DNA of 64,000 nucleotides from an uncultured Desulfatibacillum sp. (lineage in GTDB: Bacteria > Desulfobacterota > Desulfobacteria > Desulfobacterales > SpSt-501): contig CAYRUF010000018.1 of the NCBI GenBank assembly GCA_964427375.1, positions 4,691 to 68,690 on the forward strand, in the 5' to 3' direction. This document shows, in pieces, positions 31,857 through 41,706 of this stretch. Position numbers and translations under genes: made by a program. A model generated the notes under the pieces. That model saw only the letters and a program-made list of their open reading frames with translations, searched no databases and was not told the origin of the DNA. Numbering within the stretch: the stretch's first letter is position 1; the number at the start of each line of letters is the position of its first letter.

Positions 31857-33059
31857 ATGGCCAAGATCAAAGTGACCACCCCCATCGTCGAGCTGGACGG
31901 CGACGAGATGACCCGCATCATCTGGGCGATGATCAAGGAAAAACTGATCCTGCCCTTCCTCGAGGTGGACCTGAAATACTTCGACCTCGGCGTGCGGAAG
32001 CGCGACGAAACCGACGACCACATCACCACCGAGGCCGGGCAGGCCATCCAGCACTACGGGGTCGGGGTCAAGTGCGCCACCATCACCCCCGATGCCGAAC
32101 GCGTCAGCGAATACCGCCTCAAGAAGGAATGGCCGTCGCCCAACGGCCAGATCCGCTCGATTCTGGACGGGACGGTTTTCCGCAAACCCATCATCGTGCG
32201 CAACATCACTCCGGCCGTGCGCAGCTGGAAAAAACCCATCATCATCGGCCGGCACGCCTACGGCGACATCTACCGGGGAGTCGAACTGAAGGTGGGCCGG
32301 CCCGGCAAGGTGGAGTTGGTCTACACGCCGACGGACGGGCCGGAGAGCCGGGTGCTGGTGCATGATTTCAAGGGCCCCGGCGTGGTCATGGGCATCCACA
32401 ACCTGGAGAAGTCCATCCGCTCCTTTGCCCGATCCTGCATCACTTACGCCCTGAGCGAACGCATCGACCTGTGGTTCTCGATGAAGGACACCATCAGCAA
32501 GACATACCACGCCTTCTTCAAGGCTGTTTTCGCCGAGGAGGCGGCTGCGCGCCAGGCCGATTTCGACCGGGCCGGGATTCGGTACCGCTACATGCTCATC
32601 GACGACGCCGCCGCCCAGATGATGAAAAGCGAAGGCAACATGCTCTGGGCGGTGAGCAACTACGACGGCGACGTTTTTTCGGATGTGGTGGCTTCGGGCT
32701 TCGGCAGCCTGGGAATGATGACTTCGGTGCTGGTGTCCCCGGACGGCAGGTTCGAGTTCGAGGCCGCGCACGGCACGGTGCGGCGGCACTACTACGAACA
32801 CCTCAAGGGCCGTCCCACGAGCACCAATTCGGTGGCCTCGATCTTCGCCTGGACGGGCGGCATCAAGAAGCGCGGGGAGCTGGACGGCACGCCGGCGGTG
32901 GCCGCCTTTGCGGAGAGGATCGAACAGGCCGTCATCGGCTGCATCGAGGCGGGCATCGTCACCAAAGACCTCGTGCCGCTCATGGACCCCCGGCCCGCCG
33001 GCTATCAGAGCACGGAGGGGTTCATCGACGCCGTGGCGGAGCGGTTGGCGGCTTCGTAA
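31857..33059 (+). CDS. icd: NADP-dependent isocitrate dehydrogenase (eukaryote-like ~400-aa type)
   Basis: [35 protein letters not shown] and [11 protein letters not shown] are typical of type II homodimeric IDH. The start is at ATG 31857. Confidence 0.93.
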   Translation: MAKIKVTTPIVELDGDEMTRIIWAMIKEKLILPFLEVDLKYFDLGVRKRDETDDHITTEAGQAIQHYGVGVKCATITPDAERVSEYRLKKEWPSPNGQIRSILDGTVFRKPIIVRNITPAVRSWKKPIIIGRHAYGDIYRGVELKVGRPGKVELVYTPTDGPESRVLVHDFKGPGVVMGIHNLEKSIRSFARSCITYALSERIDLWFSMKDTISKTYHAFFKAVFAEEAAARQADFDRAGIRYRYMLIDDAAAQMMKSEGNMLWAVSNYDGDVFSDVVASGFGSLGMMTSVLVSPDGRFEFEAAHGTVRRHYYEHLKGRPTSTNSVASIFAWTGGIKKRGELDGTPAVAAFAERIEQAVIGCIEAGIVTKDLVPLMDPRPAGYQSTEGFIDAVAERLAAS

Positions 33060-33216
33060 TCCGGCTGAACTCGGCCAGGTGCGTCATCCGGTCGCCACCG
33101 CGGCGCAGGGAAATCACGCCTCGGCAGGCGGGATGCCCGCGCCGGCAAACCGGCCGTCATAGAACGCCGGGGTCGAACCGGCTCTTCGGCGGCCGTCCGC
33201 GAGCCGGATCCGCGCA

Positions 33217-34605
33217 TCAGGAACGCGGCGGCGGCGGAACCTGGGTGTGCAGGATGCCGGAAGGCTCCTGGAAGTATTCCTTCATGGCCATGACGGCATA
33301 GGCCGCGGCGCGGGTTCCGATGAAACCCTCGTGGGCGACGACCACGGCCACCACCAGTTGCTTGCTGCGCTGCGGCTCGCGCGCGTAGCCCACAAACCAG
33401 TCGAAGCGCGTCGCTCCGGTTCCATCCCCCATAGACCCGGTTTTCCCGCCGATCTCCAGCCGCGACAGGACCTTGTCTCCGTGGTGCTTCTGAAATTCCT
33501 TGTGGGCGGTTCCGGACTGAACGGTAGCCTGCATCAGCTGGCGCAGCACCTTGGCCGTGTCTCTGTCGATGGTTTGGTCGCGGTAGACCGTCTGGCTCTG
33601 GTAGACCGTCTGGCCCGCATCGTTGCAGATCCAGTCGACGATCGTCGGCTCCACCCAACGGCCCTGGTTGAGGATGGCGGCCGCCATGGCCGCTCCGTGC
33701 AGCGGTGAAATCCGCGTCGTGCGGTTGAAGCCGCTGGCCACCTCCGCCAGCTCGAACGCCCCGTCGGCCAGTTCGATCCGGCTGGGCCGCAGCGGCAGCT
33801 CGAACTCGATCTCGCGGTTGAACCCGAAGGCTTCGGCGTAAGCTTCGATCACGTCCCGGCCGAGCAGGTTGGCGCCGATGCGGCCGAAGACCGGGTTGAC
33901 GGACTGGGCGAAGGAATCCCTGAGGGAGAGCTGGTTGGCGTTTCTGGGCGGCCGGGCGTTGATCTGGGATTTGTAGAGCGTGTACCGGTCGCCCGAGAAG
34001 CGCAGCATGTCGCTGGGGCTCAGGTCATGGGTTTCGACGGCCGCCGCGGCCGTGATGATCTTGAAGATGCTGGCGGCCGGAAAGCGGCTGTCCAGGCAGG
34101 GATTGCCGTCCGGGTTGGATTTGTCATAGCCTGCCATGGCCAGCACTCGACCGTCGGCCGGCTCCATGGCCACGATCCCGATGTAGCGCGAGTTCCGGCG
34201 GTCCAGCCGCGGAACGAGGGCCTGCTGCAGGTTGGAGTCCAGCGTGGTCTGCAGCGTGAAGCAGGTCGGACCATGCCGGAATTCGACCCGGCTGTCGGTC
34301 CGGTTCAAGACTTGCACCCCGGCGATGAGCCCCTGCACGTCATGTTTGGCCAGGGGGCGAGGCACGGCGCGGGGTTTTGACGCAACCGGCTGGGAACGCA
34401 GCTCCTCGCGGCCAGGGGACCGGAACCCGGCCATGGCGGCGACGATCCCCGTTGCCAAGACCAGCCCGACCGCAGCCCCTGCCAGGGCTTTCCAGCCGCC
34501 GCGAGCCGCCGGGGGTCGGCGCCGGGGGGTCGGCTGTTGGGTTGCGGCCGGCCGGTGGGGGCCGATGGGCGCGGCCGAAGCTGGTTGGCATCTCAGATGG
34601 TACAT
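33217..34605 (-). CDS. Penicillin-binding protein transpeptidase-domain protein (membrane anchored)
   Basis: It has an SxxK motif (ASIFK), an SGFN-type SxN motif and KTGS (GGKTGSMG). An N-terminal TM segment (LAGAAVGLVLATGIVAAMAG) follows a Pro/Arg-rich tail. Confidence 0.8.
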   Translation of the reverse strand: MYHLRCQPASAAPIGPHRPAATQQPTPRRRPPAARGGWKALAGAAVGLVLATGIVAAMAGFRSPGREELRSQPVASKPRAVPRPLAKHDVQGLIAGVQVLNRTDSRVEFRHGPTCFTLQTTLDSNLQQALVPRLDRRNSRYIGIVAMEPADGRVLAMAGYDKSNPDGNPCLDSRFPAASIFKIITAAAAVETHDLSPSDMLRFSGDRYTLYKSQINARPPRNANQLSLRDSFAQSVNPVFGRIGANLLGRDVIEAYAEAFGFNREIEFELPLRPSRIELADGAFELAEVASGFNRTTRISPLHGAAMAAAILNQGRWVEPTIVDWICNDAGQTVYQSQTVYRDQTIDRDTAKVLRQLMQATVQSGTAHKEFQKHHGDKVLSRLEIGGKTGSMGDGTGATRFDWFVGYAREPQRSKQLVVAVVVAHEGFIGTRAAAYAVMAMKEYFQEPSGILHTQVPPPPRS

Positions 34606-34614
34606 AGGCTCTCC

Positions 34615-35640
34615 TTATCGAAAGGGCGGCGCCGGAACGCGGATCCGTTCGAGGAGCGTGTCGACCTCCGGCCGGCTGCCCGTCGCCACGGATCGGGTGA
34701 TGCAGGAATTGCTGACGCCGAGATGGCGCGCCACTTCCGCTCCCGAATAGCCGACCTCCCGAACGGCAATCCAGGCCACCGTGTAGCGCGCCATGACCAC
34801 CGGCCGGCGCCGGCTTCCGGAGCACAGCTCGCCGAGTGAGACCCCGTGGCCGTCGCAGATTTGGCGGCAGATGCGGTCCAGATCCGGCCGCGCCGTGGAC
34901 AGCCTCAGATTTTGGCGCTGGCGGTCGCTCAGCCGATCGATGACGGCGCGAACGAAGTCGTCGTCGCCGAGAATTCTCTGATCGCCGGCCGGCGCTGCGC
35001 TGCGCCGCCGCAGCGCCCGGACGGCCGACCATTCTCCCTGGGCACGAACCAGCCCGCCGCCGACCAGTTCCGGTTTTCGCCCGATCCCGACGCCGGCGCG
35101 CATGAAACGACCATAGGCGCGCCGGCCCTGATAACGGTTTCCCCCGAATCTGGCGAGCACGTAATCGATGTCCTGCCAGGGTCGCTCAACCCGGCCGATG
35201 ATGGCGCTGTGCCCGCAGTAGGGGTAATTCGCGAGCGCCTCCAGACTATTGACCAGGCCGGCGCGCAAGGGGTTGAGATGAATGTAGCGGACAAGCTCCT
35301 TGAGATAGGGATCCTCCTGGCAGACCATCGATTTGAACCGGTTTTGGAACAAGTGGCCGTGGCGGCGGCGGCGCCTGTTGAAGTTGACGGCGTAGCCGGT
35401 CAGCAGCCGGTGCATGCTGATGGACAGCGGCTGGAGGCGGGTCTTGCAGAGCAGGTGAAAATGGTTCGGCATCAACGCCCAGGCGAAGATATCCACCGCC
35501 CCGCCGAGGGCTAAACCGGCGAGCCGGTCGATAAAATCGGCGCGGTCCGCATCGTTCCGGAAGATCATGCGCCGCTCGATGCCGCGGCCGATTACATGAT
35601 GCAGCACGCCTGAAGCGTCTATCCGCGAGGATCTGGGCAT
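34615..35640 (-). CDS. HUH/Y1 (IS200-RayT-like) transposase-family protein fused to a DnaA-C-type helix-turn-helix domain
   Basis: The HUH motif is PNHFHLL and the catalytic-Tyr helix is VRYIHLNPLRAGLV. The C-terminus (RRPVVMARYTVAWIAVREVGYSGAEVARHLGVSNSCITRSV) resembles DnaA domain IV. I saw no IS ends, so it is called as a CDS rather than a mobile element. Confidence 0.75.
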   Translation of the reverse strand: MPRSSRIDASGVLHHVIGRGIERRMIFRNDADRADFIDRLAGLALGGAVDIFAWALMPNHFHLLCKTRLQPLSISMHRLLTGYAVNFNRRRRRHGHLFQNRFKSMVCQEDPYLKELVRYIHLNPLRAGLVNSLEALANYPYCGHSAIIGRVERPWQDIDYVLARFGGNRYQGRRAYGRFMRAGVGIGRKPELVGGGLVRAQGEWSAVRALRRRSAAPAGDQRILGDDDFVRAVIDRLSDRQRQNLRLSTARPDLDRICRQICDGHGVSLGELCSGSRRRPVVMARYTVAWIAVREVGYSGAEVARHLGVSNSCITRSVATGSRPEVDTLLERIRVPAPPFR

Positions 35641-35802
35641 ACCGCCAGTATATCAAAAACGGTGGTCCAAATAAATCATTTTCTGCATGAACGTCCCTAA
35701 CTGAATTGTTGGTAAAGGCCTGGCAAGGCCGCAGGTTCAGGGTCATCAACCGCCACGATCCCGCCTACCGCCCGCCGCCGCCGCCGCGGGCGTTCGGATG
35801 GG

Positions 35803-35832
35803 TTGACAAGTCCGCTGGAAACCGCGTATGGT
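35803..35832 (+). promoter_or_regulatory. Sigma-70-type promoter candidate upstream of gdhA
   Basis: TTGACA at 35803-35808, an 18-nt spacer, then TATGGT at 35827-35832. Confidence 0.3.
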
Positions 35833-35901
35833 TTGCGCCCGTGCAGCGCCGCGCCGTCCGCGGTCCATCCTGCCGAATCCTGCTTGCCAGCGGAGGAAAC
35901 G

Positions 35902-37251
35902 ATGTCCGACATTCTCGATGCCATCCGGGCCCGGGACCCCTGGGAAAAGGAATTCTACCAGGCGGTCAAGGAAGTGGCCGAAAGCGTGCGGCCGGTCCTC
36001 AAACGGCACCCGCACTACGCTTCCGCCGCCATCATGGAACGCATCACGGAGCCGGAGCGGATCGTGACGTTCCGGGTGCCCTGGATCGACGACCAGGGCC
36101 GCATCCGGGTCAACCGCGGATATGCGATCGAGATGAACAGCGCCATCGGCCCCTACCAGGGCGGGATGCGCTTCCACCCGTCCGTGAACCAGAGCATCCT
36201 CAAGTTCCTGGCCTTCGAGCAGGTGTTCAAGAACGCCCTGACCACCCTGCCGCTCGGCGGGGGAGCGGCCGGCTGCGATTTCGAGCCCAAGGGCAAATCC
36301 GACGAGGAGGTCATGCGCTTCTGCCAGAGCTTCATGGCGGAGATGGTTCGGCACGTGGGGGCGCACACCGACATCCCGGGGGGCGACATCGGCGTCGGCG
36401 GCCGGGAGATCGGCTATCTCTTCGGGGCCTACAAAAAGCTCACCAACCAGTTCACCGGAGCGCTGACGGGCAAGGGGCTTCAGTGGGGCGGCAGCCGCTT
36501 CCGCGCGGAGGCGGCCGGCTACGGGTGCGTCTATTTCGCGGCGGAGATGCTGGCCACCCGCGGCATGGCCATCGAGGAGCAGACCTGCCTGGTGTCTGGT
36601 TCCGGCAATGTCGCCCAGCACACGGCCGAAAAGCTCATCCAGCTGGGGGCCCGGGTGGTGACGCTCTCGGATTCCAGCGGCCATGTCTTCGACCCGGACG
36701 GCATCGACGCCGAGAAACTGGCCTTCGTCAAGCGGCTCAAGAACGTCCGCCGCGGCCGGATCCGGGAATATGCCGACCAGTACCCCCACGCCGTCTATAC
36801 ACCGGCCGACCCCTCGCTCGACCACAATCCCCTGTGGACCCACCGGGCGGACTGCGTCTTCCCCTGCGCGACTCAGAACGAGATCGGCGAAAAGGACGCT
36901 TACGCGCTGATCAACAACAGCGTCAAACTGGTCTGCGAAGGCGCCAACATGCCCTGCCGCTCGGAGGCCATCGCGGTTCTGCTCGGCAAGAAGATTCTCT
37001 ATGCGCCGGGCAAGGCCGCCAACGCCGGCGGCGTCGCCGTGAGCGGGCTGGAGCTGGTGCAAAACAGCATGCGCTTGAGCTGGTCGGGCGAGGAAGTGGA
37101 CGAACGCCTGCGGATCATCATTCGGGAGATCCACCGCACCTGCCTGGAAGCGGCCGAGGAATACGGCACGCCGGGGAACTACCTCAACGGCGCCAACATT
37201 GCCGGCTTTGTCAAGGTGGTCAATGCCATGGTCGATCAGGGCGTGGTCTGA
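35902..37251 (+). CDS. gdhA: NADP-specific glutamate dehydrogenase
   Basis: The GDH core is FRVPWIDDQGRIRVNRGYAIEMNSAIGPYQGGMRFHP plus the KGKSD region, with GSGNVAQH as the Rossmann motif. The start is at ATG 35902 after GGAGGAAAC. Confidence 0.93.
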   Translation: MSDILDAIRARDPWEKEFYQAVKEVAESVRPVLKRHPHYASAAIMERITEPERIVTFRVPWIDDQGRIRVNRGYAIEMNSAIGPYQGGMRFHPSVNQSILKFLAFEQVFKNALTTLPLGGGAAGCDFEPKGKSDEEVMRFCQSFMAEMVRHVGAHTDIPGGDIGVGGREIGYLFGAYKKLTNQFTGALTGKGLQWGGSRFRAEAAGYGCVYFAAEMLATRGMAIEEQTCLVSGSGNVAQHTAEKLIQLGARVVTLSDSSGHVFDPDGIDAEKLAFVKRLKNVRRGRIREYADQYPHAVYTPADPSLDHNPLWTHRADCVFPCATQNEIGEKDAYALINNSVKLVCEGANMPCRSEAIAVLLGKKILYAPGKAANAGGVAVSGLELVQNSMRLSWSGEEVDERLRIIIREIHRTCLEAAEEYGTPGNYLNGANIAGFVKVVNAMVDQGVV

Positions 37252-37331
37252 TTGACACCGTTCGCATGCGGACCCATGGTGTCGAATCACCCATCGGCAC
37301 CGGATATGACCCGCCAGTGAAGGCCCGACGG

Positions 37332-38441
37332 ATGCCTGCCCCCAATCACCTCGTTCAGCAAATCCAACGCAACTGCGATGTCTCCGATGCCCAGCACAGC
37401 GGGATCTTCTCGATCTGCGGGCTGGCGCTGCGGCTGCGGGACCTTTTCAAGTGGGAGCGGGGCCTGGCGCCCTGGGAAGAGGGCGACCCCGCGGCGGTGC
37501 TGGAGTGGATCGGCGCCCGCGAGGCCTACTGGGAAACGCTCGCCGGGTTCGAGCCGGCGGAGCTGGCCATCGACGGCTCGCCGCTGGATCCGTTCGACAC
37601 TGCGGCCGTCAACGCGGTCCTGGCCCCCCGCCGGCTTTACTACGGTGCGGGGTATGCCCGCGGGCTCAAGCCCACCTTTTTTCTGGCGGCGATTGAAGAC
37701 GAGCAGGTCATCGAAGGCTGCCGCGTCTATCGACTTGGTCAGGAACTCTGCCGGGACCTGCTGACGCTCCCGGCCCTCTCCCAGAACGGCACCATCCTGC
37801 TGCGGCGCCAATCGGCGCGCAGCCTCCTGTGGGACCAGATCGCCTATGCTCCGCCCTCGGCCCGGCAACCGCTGGATGCGGCCCTGCGAGCCTGCGGCAT
37901 CGCCGGCCGCCGTCCGGCCGAGCTGCTTCGGAAGTGGGACGACCTGCTGCGGGTGCAGGAGGAGATCCATCTGCACCACGAGCTGGGCGAGGTTCAGGAG
38001 AAGGGGTTCCCGAGCGAGTGCTGGCGGGAGATCATCGCGGCCTTTCCGCTCTCGCGCCTCGAGCTCCTCGCGCGCCACGTCAAAGACCTCCTGGCCGACA
38101 CCCATCCCAGCGGGCCGCTCCACCATCTCCTCCGCACGCGTCATGCCGGCGGCCTCAACCTCTACCTCGCTGGTGCGGACCGCTTGACGCGGAACCTGTT
38201 CCCGGAGCTGGCGCCGGCAGCCGAGGAATTCCGGCGAAGCGGGGACTGGAGCGTTTGGGAAGGTGCCGTCGCCGCGGGCCGGGCCGCGGCCGAGCGCTGC
38301 GCCGACGCGATCGTCTCCGTTTTCGAGGCCGCCCGAGCGCATCAGGATCTCTCCCGGGTGCCGTTCGAGGTCGACCGCCGGCTGGGGCGCTACCTGGACG
38401 GCGAACCGGGGGGGCCGACCGGCCCGCCGCACCACTCTTGA
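37332..38441 (+). CDS. Conserved-looking hypothetical protein (369 aa), no recognised domain
   Basis: This is the in-frame 3-prime part of the 911-aa ORF 35706..38441, whose 5-prime part is out-of-frame overlap with gdhA. Start candidates are ATG 37332 or ATG 37266. The amino-acid composition is protein-like (W, F, Y, H, E and D all present). Confidence 0.6.
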   Translation: MPAPNHLVQQIQRNCDVSDAQHSGIFSICGLALRLRDLFKWERGLAPWEEGDPAAVLEWIGAREAYWETLAGFEPAELAIDGSPLDPFDTAAVNAVLAPRRLYYGAGYARGLKPTFFLAAIEDEQVIEGCRVYRLGQELCRDLLTLPALSQNGTILLRRQSARSLLWDQIAYAPPSARQPLDAALRACGIAGRRPAELLRKWDDLLRVQEEIHLHHELGEVQEKGFPSECWREIIAAFPLSRLELLARHVKDLLADTHPSGPLHHLLRTRHAGGLNLYLAGADRLTRNLFPELAPAAEEFRRSGDWSVWEGAVAAGRAAAERCADAIVSVFEAARAHQDLSRVPFEVDRRLGRYLDGEPGGPTGPPHHS

Positions 38442-38465
38442 CAAGTTTTCTTCTGTGCTTATCAT
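38438..38465 (+). promoter_or_regulatory. Sigma-70-type promoter candidate upstream of groES
   Basis: TTGACA at 38438-38443 (overlapping the upstream stop codon), a 16-nt spacer, then TATCAT at 38460-38465. Confidence 0.4.
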
Positions 38466-38633
38466 TCAGCCAACTCCGAACCAAAACCCCATGTAATAAT
38501 CTGAAATAAATACGAAAAATGAGTTCGGATTTTTTTTGAACCCCCGGAACCGTGCATAGGGCGAACCTGGTTTGCCTCATTTAACCTGCGGCGCTATTGC
38601 GCTCAAACCCACTACCGAAGGAGGTAAGCAACC

Positions 38634-40567
<1,934 letters not shown>

Positions 40568-40575
40568 TGCAGCTT

Positions 40576-40685
40576 CATAAAACGGCCAATCTCCGCGTTC
40601 CGCTTCATCTCGCGGGTGCTGCGGCGCACGCAAAGTACGCCTCGCGCCGCGGGATTCGCGCGCCTTGATCTTGGCCGTTTTTATG
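40576..40685. repeat. Long imperfect palindromic intergenic repeat, copy B (inverted relative to copy A)
   Basis: The reverse complement of core 40586-40676 matches 10047-10137 at 78 of 91 positions. The outer stem CATAAAACGGCCAA / TTGGCCGTTTTTATG closes the element. It starts 9 nt after the groEL stop. Confidence 0.6.
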
Positions 40686-40717
40686 AACCGGTCAAATTAT
40701 TTTCGAAATTTACTGGT

Positions 40718-40755
40718 AAAAACCAGAAGGCGGCGGCAGCCGCCTTCTGGTTTTT
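40718..40755. terminator. Bidirectional intrinsic terminator between groEL and the ABC-2 permease gene
   Basis: A 17-bp perfect stem pairs AAAAACCAGAAGGCGGC with GCCGCCTTCTGGTTTTT around a GGCA loop. A/T runs on both sides allow it to work in either direction. Confidence 0.75.
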
Positions 40756-41704
40756 AGAGGGAGCGGATTTCCTGGCGCATGAAGACGGTGTAGGATAGGG
40801 CAAAGCAGACCACGGTGATCGCGACCAGCGAAACGATGTAGGGCATCACCACCAGGAGGCTTTGGGCGAGCGGCAGGGGGCCGGAGAAACGCGTCATGGA
40901 AATGGCCTCCAGCGGTCCCACGGGCAGGGTGCTGCGGGTGGATTTGCGCAGGGGGTCGATCACGGTGGCCGTGGCGTCGGAGTAAAGCTCCATGGGCGAT
41001 GCGAGCACCACGTATTTGACCAGGTCGGCCTTGCGCGCGGCGGACTGCGGGTTCAGCTCGGCGTCGCTCGCCAACGTGTTGGCGAGGATGCTGGCGCCGA
41101 TGGTGATAAAGAAGGAGAAGAAGATCCAAACCGCCAGACTGGCCAGTGCGGAGGTGGCGGTGCTCCGGAACACGATGGAAAACAGGATGGCGACCCCCAG
41201 CCAGAAGGAGATGTACACGGCGCTGATCACCAGGTAGGCGACGATGCGCCAGATCTCCTCGATCCCGGGGACGATCCCGACCAGCATCAGCCCCAGGCCG
41301 GTGATCACCAGCACGATGGACAGCAGCATGACCCCGATCAGGATGACGCCGGCCAGGAACTTGGCGTTGATGACCACGTCGCGGTAGATCGGCTGGGCCA
41401 GAAGCTTGCTCAAGGTTCCTTCGTTGCGTTCGCGGTTGATCGAATCGAACCCCAGGATGAGCCCGACCAGCGGTCCGAAGAACGCCACGAACTGCACCAG
41501 CGAAAACATGGCCGCCGGTTCGGTGAACAGCAAGAGAAAGACGAACCGAGGTTTGAGCTGGCCTTCCACCTCCCGGATCTGGAGGCCCACCATGTAGGCC
41601 GTGATCAGGCTCACCATGGCGATCAGGGCGAAGAGAATGATGAATCGGTGGCTGGCGAAATGATCCGCCAGCTCTTTCTTCAGAATGGCGGCAAAGCCCT
41701 TCAT
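40754..41704 (-). CDS. ABC-2 type transporter permease
   Basis: It is 316 aa with six predicted TM segments. The N-terminus KKELADHFASHRFIILF is typical of the ABC-2/NosY-like family, and the gene lies 2 nt after the ATPase gene. Confidence 0.85.
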   Translation of the reverse strand: MKGFAAILKKELADHFASHRFIILFALIAMVSLITAYMVGLQIREVEGQLKPRFVFLLLFTEPAAMFSLVQFVAFFGPLVGLILGFDSINRERNEGTLSKLLAQPIYRDVVINAKFLAGVILIGVMLLSIVLVITGLGLMLVGIVPGIEEIWRIVAYLVISAVYISFWLGVAILFSIVFRSTATSALASLAVWIFFSFFITIGASILANTLASDAELNPQSAARKADLVKYVVLASPMELYSDATATVIDPLRKSTRSTLPVGPLEAISMTRFSGPLPLAQSLLVVMPYIVSLVAITVVCFALSYTVFMRQEIRSL

Positions 41705-41706
41705 GT

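Noticed and set aside
34606-35700. Calling the HUH/Y1 gene region an insertion sequence or mobile element.
   Set aside because: No terminal inverted repeats, IS200-type subterminal hairpins, flanking REP pairs or target duplications are visible. The gene is packed 9 nt from the downstream PBP gene. It is therefore annotated only as a CDS.
38442-38633. A CIRCE/HrcA operator upstream of groES.
   Set aside because: No TTAGCACTC-N9-GAGTGCTAA or close variant is present on either strand.
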